From: Candidatus Ozemobacter sp.
GTDB lineage: Bacteria; Muiribacteriota; Ozemobacteria; Ozemobacterales; Ozemobacteraceae
Length of the DNA: 51,595 bases
Direction: 5' to 3'
NCBI GenBank assembly: GCA_030446435.1
Contig: JASURT010000001.1
Location: 1 to 51,595, forward strand
Shown here: positions 24,434 through 33,299 of the stretch, in pieces
How positions within the stretch are numbered: the stretch's first letter is position 1
Layout of the letters: each line of letters opens with the position of its first letter
Program-made: the position numbers and the translations under genes
The notes under the pieces: generated by a model
What the model was told of the DNA's origin: nothing
Seen by the model: only the letters and a program-made list of their open reading frames with translations
Database searches by the model: none

Positions 24434-26800
24434 TTGAAGAAATTAGTTCTAAAAGCTGCTCTGATATCAACCATATGTCTGTTGGGCATATGGTTGATTC
24501 GTATCGCCTGGTTACCGCTTATCGCGATCGATCCGACCCCATTGATTCAAAACCGTTTCAGTTCCGGAGGAACTTTAGTCGACCGCAACGAAAACCTTCT
24601 TCGGCTTTTTCCCGACCAGAACGGCGACTATTCTTGCTATTTGTCTTTGGCAAGTCATTCTCAGGAAATAATCTCGGCTTTGCTGACTGCCGAAGATCGC
24701 AATTTTTACTCTCACCCAGGGTTTGACCCGGTTGCAATTTCCCGGGCTTTGATACAGAACATTTCAAGCATGAAAATTGTATCTGGTGCTTCAACCATTT
24801 CTCAACAGCTCATTCGTATTCTTAAACCGCGACCTAGAACGCTTTCAACCAAGATTTCAGAATTACTTGCCGCCCTGTGGCTTGAAGAAAAATTCAGCAA
24901 AAAACAAATTCTTGAGTTCTACCTGAATTCAGTTCCAATGTTCGGCAACATAAGAGGCTTTTATCTCGCATCATTATTGTTGTTCAAAAAATCGCCCGAC
25001 CTGCTGAATCTTGGCGAGGCCGCCACTCTTGCGGCGATAGTTCAATCACCCGGCCGACTTTCGCCTTTTAACCCTAAAAGCAACCGACTTCTGCGCAAAA
25101 GACGAGACTGGATTATCAGAGAAATGCTTAAACTTGGCCTATGCACTATCGACGAAGCAAACAACGCATTCAAACTGAACATTCCCGAATATCGTTCGCA
25201 AATGCCCTTCAATGCCCCCCACTTCTGCGATCTGTATCAAAAAGTGCGTGGCGCGCCAAAAGGAAAAAAGAAAACGACCATATCTCTGCCACTGCAAAAT
25301 CTGCTTTATCAGACGCTTCGGTCACATCTTCCACGAATTGCTAAATATGGCGCACGCCAGACCTGCGGCCTCATCCTTTCGGCCGAAAACCTTGAAATTC
25401 TTGCAATGGTAGGCTCAAGCGAGTTTGGCCCAATAGCTGGCGGTTTCAACAACGGCTGTGTCGCAAAGCGCTCCGGAGGTTCGATTCTAAAGCCCTTTCT
25501 TTACGCATTGGCACTTGACCGCGGCTTCTATCCTTCTTATGTGATTCCAGACACGATGCAGCCTTTTAAAACACCCCAGGGCGAATACCTTGCCTATAAT
25601 GCCGATCGAAAGTCATACGGCCCGGTAACCATCAGAAACGCTCTCGGTAACAGTCTTAATATATCGGCGGTAAAAATGCTGAATCAGGTAGGAATAAGTG
25701 ATTTTTACGGCCTGCTCGTCGATCTCGAGCTTCTGCCCGCCCAGAAGGGGGCTGCAGACTATTATGGCCTTGGGCTGGCAATCGGCAACCCAGAGTTGAG
25801 AATGCTCGATGTTGCAAGAGCTTATTCTGTTTTTGCCAATAAGGGAAGGCTGAAAAGCCTTTCATTTCTACTGCAAGATAAAACCGAAGAAAAGCAGATA
25901 ATATCGGCGCAGAGTGCTTTTCTGATTTTTGACATCCTGGCAGACCCATCGGCACGCCTTTTCACCTTTGGAACGCCCTCATTTTTCAAATTTTCCCAAA
26001 GATGGGGTTTAAAAACAGGCACCAGCACCAACTATCGTGACAGCTGGCTGATAGCTTTAAATGGCAACTATATTATAGCTCTGTGGGTTGGAAATTTTGA
26101 CGGCTCCCCCACCCGCTCGCTTTCTGGAGCCAGCGCCTGCGGACCCATTGCCAGAAATATCATCGACAATCTTGAAAAAGGCGCGACCGAGAGAATTATC
26201 ACCTGTCCACCGGGAATTCAGAAAGTTAAAATCTGCTCCATATCCGGGCAAAGGCCTGGAAAATTCTGTCCAAATATCGGCTATGACCTGTTTGAAGGGA
26301 ATGCCGACGAGCTGTTACCCTGTCAGTTTCATCAATCAGCGACCGCAACTCATGAACTGGCACCTGATTACGCACGCTGGATTCAGAACCGGGCCAGGCA
26401 AAACAACTCCGACCCGTTCAGGCTAAGAGGCAATCCTGAAATTCAGGACCCTTATCAGATTGCGGGTATATACCAGGAAGAAGATGCGTCGGCATCTGAA
26501 ACTTCAAGGCTTGTTGCCGGCGGCGCATTACCTGATGCAGTATGGAATGATATTCGTATCATTTCTCCGCACGATGGCGACAGGTTTGTAATGAGAAGCA
26601 CCAATGAAAATTTTTTGCATCTCAGGGCTATTCCGGCAGCACCGGTTTCTGAACTGATATGGCTTATCAATGGCAGAGAATTTATCAGAACTGCACCGCC
26701 ATTTGAGGCTTACTGGCCCATGCGGGCGGGAAAGCATAGAATAACAGCCATCAGCGAAGGTGAAGCTGCCGCCGAAGTTACTGTTTATATAGAGAACTAG
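24434..26800 (+). CDS. pbpC: penicillin-binding protein 1C (bifunctional glycosyltransferase/transpeptidase)
   Basis: GT51 motifs EDRNFYSHPGFD and GASTISQQL. Transpeptidase motifs SILK (SxxK), SLN (SxN) and KTGT. C-terminal PBP1C-type domain. TTG start. Partner of the alpha-2-macroglobulin gene. Confidence 0.9.
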   Translation: MKKLVLKAALISTICLLGIWLIRIAWLPLIAIDPTPLIQNRFSSGGTLVDRNENLLRLFPDQNGDYSCYLSLASHSQEIISALLTAEDRNFYSHPGFDPVAISRALIQNISSMKIVSGASTISQQLIRILKPRPRTLSTKISELLAALWLEEKFSKKQILEFYLNSVPMFGNIRGFYLASLLLFKKSPDLLNLGEAATLAAIVQSPGRLSPFNPKSNRLLRKRRDWIIREMLKLGLCTIDEANNAFKLNIPEYRSQMPFNAPHFCDLYQKVRGAPKGKKKTTISLPLQNLLYQTLRSHLPRIAKYGARQTCGLILSAENLEILAMVGSSEFGPIAGGFNNGCVAKRSGGSILKPFLYALALDRGFYPSYVIPDTMQPFKTPQGEYLAYNADRKSYGPVTIRNALGNSLNISAVKMLNQVGISDFYGLLVDLELLPAQKGAADYYGLGLAIGNPELRMLDVARAYSVFANKGRLKSLSFLLQDKTEEKQIISAQSAFLIFDILADPSARLFTFGTPSFFKFSQRWGLKTGTSTNYRDSWLIALNGNYIIALWVGNFDGSPTRSLSGASACGPIARNIIDNLEKGATERIITCPPGIQKVKICSISGQRPGKFCPNIGYDLFEGNADELLPCQFHQSATATHELAPDYARWIQNRARQNNSDPFRLRGNPEIQDPYQIAGIYQEEDASASETSRLVAGGALPDAVWNDIRIISPHDGDRFVMRSTNENFLHLRAIPAAPVSELIWLINGREFIRTAPPFEAYWPMRAGKHRITAISEGEAAAEVTVYIEN

Positions 26801-28049
26801 ATTTCAGCAAATTGAATGCCCGTTGATATTTGCTGCTCGTTCCATATTCAGTTTTAACATCGATCCGGGCCAGCGCCTCCGCAACTATTTCAGCAACTTT
26901 TTTCAAATCATGCAAAAAAGCGGCCTTTGTCGCGATTAATCGGCGTTTTTCGCTTTCATTGACACAATTCTCTAACTCATAGTCTAAAGCAGCCTGAATA
27001 TTCCTTTCAAACTCGAACTCAATTTCGGTAAAACAACCAACCGGTTTCAAGGCCGATCTGAGCCTTTTTGCCAGTCTTGGCGTCAATGAATTACGGGCGC
27101 ATGCATAAACGGCATATCTATACAATTCTAAAAACTCAACTGAATAGATCTCAGATGTATCCAGGGTAATCAAAATTGCCTGAGAAGAATTGACCGCAGA
27201 CCCCATGCCGCGTTCGGCGGCCTTCAAACCGAATTCATTCGGCAGACCAAGATGAATGCGCCGGCGCGAAGTAATCAATATCAGGCTGGGTTCAAGAAAG
27301 ATACTTTCAAAACTTTTCTGCAGCTTCTTTTTCAGATACAAAGCATAATCGTAAGCAGTAAAAACCGTGAAGTTCTTGTATTTGCCAGTCATTGCGGGTT
27401 TTATGAATTTCTCGAAAGGCCAGGGTGGCAAAGGCGCAGAATCGTCTATTTTGAACGGAAAAGATTCATTACGATACTCGAACCTGGTTTCACTACAACT
27501 ATTGAACCCTTCATTCCAGGCTTCATCATAAATTTTGAGTTGATACTCACATCTATGTGGGTAATCTGTCATCGTATGACTTTGTGTCACATACTTAAAC
27601 AGTGAAGATCTTGAATGCCATCGATATCTCACCCGGTATGAGATATTGTTTTGCAGGTTAATCATTTCAGGAGAGTCAAGATAGATATCAAGAAAGCTGA
27701 AAGTTCCCAGACCGGTTTTCAGAATCGAATAGTTTGAACCGGTAAATTTGGGCGCACGCCAGAGTAGATCATTTAACAATGCACGTTCCAGAGCCCTTTT
27801 TATGACAGACAAAACGTAAGAACTGCGATTCAGAATTTCGGCCGGAGCCCTTACCGCCAGCTTAAACTCATTTTCTTCGCGACCTGGAGTACCGGCTGGT
27901 TGAGAATTCAGAATCTCAACCAGGTTCATTTGAGCCGAAAAAGGCCTGTTTTCTTCTGCAAAACTTTTCGCAGAAAGCGCAAACAGTGCTATCATAAAAA
28001 GCATGAAACAGACTTTCCAGCTTCTCATTTTCATAAGTCTATGCCTCAT
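26778..28049 (-). CDS. signal-peptide-bearing CYTH-like (triphosphate tunnel metalloenzyme fold) protein
   Basis: Signal peptide MRSWKVCFMLFMIALFALSAKSFA. ENEFKL (ExExK motif). FLDIYLDSPEMINLQNNISYRVRYR, CEYQLKI, RRRIHL, ITLDTSE and FTEIEFEFE follow the CYTH strand pattern. Start set at ATG 28049, which has AGGTG 5 nt upstream; a GTG at 28055 is also possible. Confidence 0.6.
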   Translation of the reverse strand: MRHRLMKMRSWKVCFMLFMIALFALSAKSFAEENRPFSAQMNLVEILNSQPAGTPGREENEFKLAVRAPAEILNRSSYVLSVIKRALERALLNDLLWRAPKFTGSNYSILKTGLGTFSFLDIYLDSPEMINLQNNISYRVRYRWHSRSSLFKYVTQSHTMTDYPHRCEYQLKIYDEAWNEGFNSCSETRFEYRNESFPFKIDDSAPLPPWPFEKFIKPAMTGKYKNFTVFTAYDYALYLKKKLQKSFESIFLEPSLILITSRRRIHLGLPNEFGLKAAERGMGSAVNSSQAILITLDTSEIYSVEFLELYRYAVYACARNSLTPRLAKRLRSALKPVGCFTEIEFEFERNIQAALDYELENCVNESEKRRLIATKAAFLHDLKKVAEIVAEALARIDVKTEYGTSSKYQRAFNLLKSSSLYKQ

Positions 28050-28605
28050 ATTCACACCTGCTTTATCAGGGCAAGCCCCGCGAAATCTAGAACAAGATCT
28101 GCAATTTTTCGAAAGTCAGCTACAACAGTATCCAGAAAGTCCTGATTTAAACTATAACATGGCTCAGGTGTATTTTTTAATGGGAAACATGGACCAGGCA
28201 ATCAGATTTCTTGAAAGAACCATATATCTTGCAGATGATGACAGTGAAGCAATGTTGAAACTTGCTTCCATCTACCGAAAAATCGGCAAGCTGGCCGATG
28301 CTCGCAATTTATTGAAAAGAGCAGCGGATATTTCACCGAAAAACTTCGAAATCTGGTATGAATTGGCCATAGCCTACTCTGATCTCGCCAACAGCGCTGC
28401 CGCTCTGGACGCTTTTCAAAAAGCCCTTCAATACAGCTCGAATCAGAAGCAAACCGATATGGTGATTTACTACATGGGTCTGCTACATCTTTCTAATCGG
28501 GATTATGAAAGGTTTAAATACCACCTTGACCGCTTGAAAAAATCAGGCGAATACTATGAACCGCTAAAAAAACTTGGGCAACTCTGGAAACCCGATCTCG
28601 ATTAA
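28003..28605 (+). CDS. secreted TPR-repeat protein
   Basis: Signal peptide MKQTFQLLIFISLCLIFTPALSG. Repeated TPR-like units (YNMAQVYFLMGNMDQAIRFLERTI, LKLASIYRKIGKLADARNLLKRA, WYELAIAYSDLANSAAALDAFQKAL). Confidence 0.8.
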   Translation: MKQTFQLLIFISLCLIFTPALSGQAPRNLEQDLQFFESQLQQYPESPDLNYNMAQVYFLMGNMDQAIRFLERTIYLADDDSEAMLKLASIYRKIGKLADARNLLKRAADISPKNFEIWYELAIAYSDLANSAAALDAFQKALQYSSNQKQTDMVIYYMGLLHLSNRDYERFKYHLDRLKKSGEYYEPLKKLGQLWKPDLD

Positions 28606-29348
28606 ATGATCAACCTTGAATCCTGGCGTTTTTCAAGCAGCAGCTTCAGAGCACAGGCGTATTTAGAAAAGCTTTGCTGACCTGCTTTCATTCTTTCGAG
28701 TTGAGACAGAACAGAATCCGGCGCAGGGTTATAAGACTTAATTTCAAAAACTCTGCCAATTCTTTGAAATCGTGCCGGTGTTGCAAAATCGAACTCCTGA
28801 GACAAAATTGGCTGCGAGACAGAAACCCCCGCCAAATCTGCGTCAAAAGTAAATCTCAGGCCCTGAACACCTTTAAATTGCATGGCACGCCTTTTATAAT
28901 AAACCGCCACCACAGGATTCAGGATTTTCCCGCCAAGACATGACAAAAACTTTGAATCAACTGAATTATTCAGCATCAATGCTCTGGCATCAGGCCAGCG
29001 AATGTAAGGCTCGACAAGCTCGCTGCGATCAAAATTCAGTTTAACCCTGACCTTTTTGACGAGCTGACCATTTCGCTGCTTAATTTCAAGACATGGGTCA
29101 TGCCAGAAGTTTTCAGTAAAATTACGATAAAATCTGATTCGTATCTTGGTTTTACAAAATTCACCATGGATCTTATCGTTGAAAAATTCAAGATCAGGCG
29201 TGTCGTAATAGATGCTAAGAACTTCATAATTTCCCTGAAAGCCGTGTGAATCTGCAACTGTCAGTTTTGCCAACAGATTTTGCATTTCGACTATTTGTGC
29301 AGCTGTCAGAAGAAATTTGCTTTCAAAATAAGGTTTTACCCTAGCCAT
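28602..29348 (-). CDS. VTC-domain (polyphosphate-polymerase-like, TTM fold) protein
   Basis: PYFESKFLL...YEVLSIYYDTPDLEFFNDKIHGEFCKTKIRIRFY matches the VTC domain pattern. Start preferred at ATG 29348 (MARVKPYF), which overlaps the CotH stop as ATGGCTAG. The ORF-track start 29378 is also possible. Confidence 0.8.
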   Translation of the reverse strand: MARVKPYFESKFLLTAAQIVEMQNLLAKLTVADSHGFQGNYEVLSIYYDTPDLEFFNDKIHGEFCKTKIRIRFYRNFTENFWHDPCLEIKQRNGQLVKKVRVKLNFDRSELVEPYIRWPDARALMLNNSVDSKFLSCLGGKILNPVVAVYYKRRAMQFKGVQGLRFTFDADLAGVSVSQPILSQEFDFATPARFQRIGRVFEIKSYNPAPDSVLSQLERMKAGQQSFSKYACALKLLLEKRQDSRLII

Positions 29349-31086
29349 TTTTTTTGTTTCTCCAGGAATGTAAAACAACGGGGTTTGGCTTTATTTCAAG
29401 GGTTTCACCAGAGACTTCATCTAAATATTCAAGTTCGATTTTCTTACCGGTGATTGAATTCACACCCTCTCTACGCAGAAATTTCAGACAATCAGCATAT
29501 CGTTCTTCAGACAAGCCAAGCACGTAGTTTTGATAATCAGGCTCAAGCACAAAGTTGCACCAACGACTTTTAAGCATTAGCCACAGCGGCGCATCAGCAG
29601 GTTTTTCGCCCAGCCCGGGAAAAAATTGCTGAACGCTGTAAAACTCAGGCAAAACAGAATCTAAGCGGTTATCGAAGTCAAAGTCGGGCAGAATAGCATT
29701 CCCGAAGCCTTTGAAATCGAAAGAAATGGGGCTATGCCCTTTAACTCTTACCAGAACATGGGTAAACCATCGACCGGCAATGTTCGATCTTTGCGGCAGT
29801 TTGATAATCTGCCCGGTTGTGGCATCGAGAACTTCAAGCAAATACTTTCTTCTGGCCGCCATAAAATCAAGTAACCTCTGGGCGTCAGCCAGCTGTGTTT
29901 CAGGGGCAACCGGGATCTTTCGCGAAAAAAGAACGATCGGAACATTTACGAGCGCACTCGCATAGGGTTCTTGATAATAAAGTGGCCGAAGAATCTTCAA
30001 AAAATTTTTAACTGTTTTTTCCATTGCTTCAGAGCCAAGCTCAGAATTCAACAGGCGATACAGAATAAGATTTCTTTTGTATTGAAATTCAGGATTACGA
30101 AAAAAAGCATTGAGTAAAGGGGTAAGAAATTCGTAAGGCGGCACCCTTATATCAACCTCTTTATGAGTTGCCGCCATAGAAGTGATGACACCAAAGCCGG
30201 TTGAATCAGCAATTGCCGGGAAAAGGCGCGAGGTTTTAAAATCGTAAACCAGAAGATTGCCGAGAAAGTCACTTGTATGAATGCTTGCGATTCCCGACAT
30301 CAAAGCTGACCACAGCGCCATACGATCAACGTCAACCAGCTTCGAAAATTTTTCCAACCCCGCCAGATCGACTGGCGTTTTAACCATATTCAACAAGCTG
30401 GTAAGCGCTGACAAAGCAGTTGAATCATCAGTTTCCAATGTACTACGAATTTCCCAGAGATTTGGATGCAACCACATTTTCGAATTCCGCATGTTTCCTT
30501 CAATTACCGAACAGCGCTCTAATCCCTGATTAAACAAAGTTTGTGGGTTCATTGGTTCTGCAAGATGGTAAAGACCGCGGTAATCACCATTCAGATTTAC
30601 CGTCGCGAGAACGGTTCTGGGTGACGGTACATTCATTCTGACCGCAATGTTGTCGGCGACTAGATTTGCAAGCATCGATGCATCATCAGGGTTGATAAAA
30701 TCAAAAATGCCGCGTGAATTGTATTTTCGATCGCCTTTAAGACGCATTCTAAAGGAAGGTTTGCGCTTATCCCAGTTCCAGGCGTGGGTTCCTCTGATTC
30801 GTATCTCGGCCTTAAATTTAACAGGCTTTCGATTTATCACCATTTCGGCATCCTGATAAACGAAAAAGCTTTCGGGGCGATCTGAAAAAAAGAATTCGTA
30901 ATCGTCTTCATTCAGTCCTATGGTGAAGTGGTCGACACTGAAAGGCCGATATGATGAGGCTTTTGGCCGATCAACCACAGCTGAAGTTTTCGATTCGGGC
31001 CTTGAAAGAAAGAAAAAAGACAGCATAACGCCGGTAATCAGCAGCCAACCCGCAATGGCTTTTATCTTTCTAACCCTGAACTTCAT
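29341..31086 (-). CDS. CotH kinase-family protein with an N-terminal membrane anchor/signal
   Basis: KPSFRMRLKGD...FDFINPDDASMLANLVADNIAVRMNVPSPRTVLATVNLNGDYRGLYHLAEPMN is the characteristic CotH core. N-terminal IAGWLLITGVMLSFFFL. Confidence 0.85.
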   Translation of the reverse strand: MKFRVRKIKAIAGWLLITGVMLSFFFLSRPESKTSAVVDRPKASSYRPFSVDHFTIGLNEDDYEFFFSDRPESFFVYQDAEMVINRKPVKFKAEIRIRGTHAWNWDKRKPSFRMRLKGDRKYNSRGIFDFINPDDASMLANLVADNIAVRMNVPSPRTVLATVNLNGDYRGLYHLAEPMNPQTLFNQGLERCSVIEGNMRNSKMWLHPNLWEIRSTLETDDSTALSALTSLLNMVKTPVDLAGLEKFSKLVDVDRMALWSALMSGIASIHTSDFLGNLLVYDFKTSRLFPAIADSTGFGVITSMAATHKEVDIRVPPYEFLTPLLNAFFRNPEFQYKRNLILYRLLNSELGSEAMEKTVKNFLKILRPLYYQEPYASALVNVPIVLFSRKIPVAPETQLADAQRLLDFMAARRKYLLEVLDATTGQIIKLPQRSNIAGRWFTHVLVRVKGHSPISFDFKGFGNAILPDFDFDNRLDSVLPEFYSVQQFFPGLGEKPADAPLWLMLKSRWCNFVLEPDYQNYVLGLSEERYADCLKFLRREGVNSITGKKIELEYLDEVSGETLEIKPNPVVLHSWRNKKNG

Positions 31087-31101
31087 CGCCGAAACTCTCG
31101 A

Positions 31102-31773
31102 TCAATCAAGAAGAACAGATGCTTTTATATCGGCATCGATATCACAAATTTGCTTTATAAGGAGAGAAGATTGAGATTCTTCTTTCAAGGTAACTTCGAT
31201 AAGCATTTCAGAGTATTTTGAATCGGCAAGATTTTCTTCGCTCAATAGTCGATGATTCAAAACAGAACTCTCGATTTTTTCGACAATTTTGCCGCTGAGC
31301 TCTGATTTCAGCGGGTAAGCTACCCTGAGCATTGCCACCCTGGTCATGGGCGCGTCAGGCATAAATCTTTCTACCAGAACGATAAAAATCGCAAATAAAG
31401 CCGCTGCGCCGGTGGCGATGGCGAAATATCCGCTACCGCAAGCCATACCTACCGCAATAGACATGAAAAGATAAGCTAGATCATTGGTGCTTTTAACGGC
31501 GGTTCGAAATCTGATCAGGCTAAGTGCGCCAATAGCGCCGAAAGCGCGAGCAAGACTGTTGCCTATCACAGCCATTATCAGACTGACAATTGCGCCAAGA
31601 AAAATCATTGTTTTAGCCAGATTTTTATCGCTTGCCGCATTTGCCGGCGAAATTCTAAGCAGGCGGCTGAGAAAGGCGCAAAGCAAAAAGGCCAGAATCA
31701 TGCCCGCAAAAACATCATATGCGTTTAAATCAATCATTTTCAATAATGGCGGCGAGAATTGATTTGTGTTCAT
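31102..31773 (-). CDS. DUF4956-family integral membrane protein
   Basis: LSLIRFRTAVKSTNDLAYLFMSIAVGMACGSGYF matches the DUF4956 core. Start placed at ATG 31773 (GAGG 5 nt upstream); the ORF-track start at 31803 is a TTG. Confidence 0.8.
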   Translation of the reverse strand: MNTNQFSPPLLKMIDLNAYDVFAGMILAFLLCAFLSRLLRISPANAASDKNLAKTMIFLGAIVSLIMAVIGNSLARAFGAIGALSLIRFRTAVKSTNDLAYLFMSIAVGMACGSGYFAIATGAAALFAIFIVLVERFMPDAPMTRVAMLRVAYPLKSELSGKIVEKIESSVLNHRLLSEENLADSKYSEMLIEVTLKEESQSSLLIKQICDIDADIKASVLLD

Positions 31774-31908
31774 AAAAACCTCATCTGCATCGTTGTGCAA
31801 CAATCTGTTTTTATACAGTATAAAGTAAAACCTAATAATGTAATAGAGCTAAAATTTCGGGATCTAATTCGTTGGTTAAAATAAGCATATTATGTTATTC
31901 TTTAATAT

Positions 31909-32631
31909 ATGAAACGGGGAAAATTGCTGCTATTAATACTGCTGTTGATGATTGGTGCATCGCAGATCAAACAGGCTTTTGCCTGCAGCCTTGCAGTACA
32001 TGACTGGAAACTTGTTTTTTTCATGAAGCTGCCAATCAGCGCTCCCATTTTTCCTCTTGCTGAATTCAATTTTCTCAAGGCCAATTTTCGCGAAAAACCT
32101 GCTGACAAGGTTTTCTGGGTTTCAAAGCATGGTTGGCTGAACCATTTTCTTTCGGGGTTCGTTCATGCCATACCGGGCTGGCCTGCAGAAATGACCTGGA
32201 ATCTGATCAATTCTCAAACTTCTATTCTGGGGCTTGCTCAGCAAAACAGTTCAGATGCCACAGCCCCGATAATTATGGGTAGCGACCTGAATTTTCTTAA
32301 AATCGCTTTTTTTTCTGATTACAATTCAAATTACAGCTGCCACCAGTTGGTAGTAATGAACAACAGCAGAATTCGCGGGGTTCTGGTAAATCCTGACACC
32401 CCCTGGGCCCAGGAAATGAACGGAATGTCCTGGGTCTCTCTGATTTTTTATCAGCTGCCTTATCCCGGCCGAATTATGTCTTTTTCTGCTTTTCCTTATC
32501 AGTCGGCAAGAGTTAGCCTTTTCGAAGATCATGATTACGTAGAAAGCCTTTTGATGCATAAATTATTAAAACGCAGGCCAGACATGGAAATAGACCCTTT
32601 TATTTTTGATTTTCCGGAGTTACCAGACTAA
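31909..32631 (+). CDS. hypothetical secreted protein, first gene of the pseudopilin/Skp-like locus
   Basis: Signal peptide MKRGKLLLLILLLMIGASQIKQAFA. W/F/P-rich with no family recognised. Its stop overlaps the next start (TAATG). No Shine-Dalgarno motif upstream. Confidence 0.65.
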   Translation: MKRGKLLLLILLLMIGASQIKQAFACSLAVHDWKLVFFMKLPISAPIFPLAEFNFLKANFREKPADKVFWVSKHGWLNHFLSGFVHAIPGWPAEMTWNLINSQTSILGLAQQNSSDATAPIIMGSDLNFLKIAFFSDYNSNYSCHQLVVMNNSRIRGVLVNPDTPWAQEMNGMSWVSLIFYQLPYPGRIMSFSAFPYQSARVSLFEDHDYVESLLMHKLLKRRPDMEIDPFIFDFPELPD

Positions 32632-33299
32632 TGTGTAAAAATTTTTTGCATCTGTTAAGTTTTTTTGTCATATTTTTGTCTTTTTCTGCAGAAGCGCAAA
32701 CCTTTAAGGTACATGACCTTGAAAGGCTGATAAAAAATCATCCCATGATGAAAAACTACGACCCGAAAACGAACCGCTTCAGAAATACTCCGAGTGAAGC
32801 CAGACCGCTGGAAGAAATTGATGCCGGTATAATCTCGACGAAAGAGGAAATTTCCGCTCTCGAAAAAGAGAAAAAAACCGTTTTAGGCTCTTCGATGAAA
32901 AAAACTCTCGACGCAGAAGCAGAAAAAGAGCTCTGGAAGAAGCTTAACGACATGGGCAACAGAATAAAGGAATTGAAACAAAACCTGCTCGATTTAACCG
33001 AACTACAGGCCACCAACGGGGTCCCGCCGGCATCGAGATTGTTGCCGATTGCCCGTGAAATACTTCTGGATATCAAAGAAGAGATTACGACAAATGAAAA
33101 CGAAATAGTATTGAACTATTTGCCCAGATTCTACCAACCACCCCCAAACCTGATTAAAAACCCTCTTAAAAACTTTTTTGCAAATCCAGACCAAACCGAA
33201 AGTCTTTTAAACTATATTAAACATGCCAATCTAATGTCGCTTCTTTTTTCAGGCGTCGCTGCGCCAGTTCTTTACAATGAAAGGAATCTGAATAACTGA
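32631..33299 (+). CDS. Skp/OmpH-like periplasmic chaperone paralog 1 (short form)
   Basis: Signal peptide, then FKVHDLERLIKNHPMMKNYDP (compare E. coli Skp KIAIVNMGSLFQQV), a long K/E-rich coiled coil, and ENEIVLNYL near the C-terminus (compare Skp DIDLVVDAN). Confidence 0.55.
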   Translation: MCKNFLHLLSFFVIFLSFSAEAQTFKVHDLERLIKNHPMMKNYDPKTNRFRNTPSEARPLEEIDAGIISTKEEISALEKEKKTVLGSSMKKTLDAEAEKELWKKLNDMGNRIKELKQNLLDLTELQATNGVPPASRLLPIAREILLDIKEEITTNENEIVLNYLPRFYQPPPNLIKNPLKNFFANPDQTESLLNYIKHANLMSLLFSGVAAPVLYNERNLNN

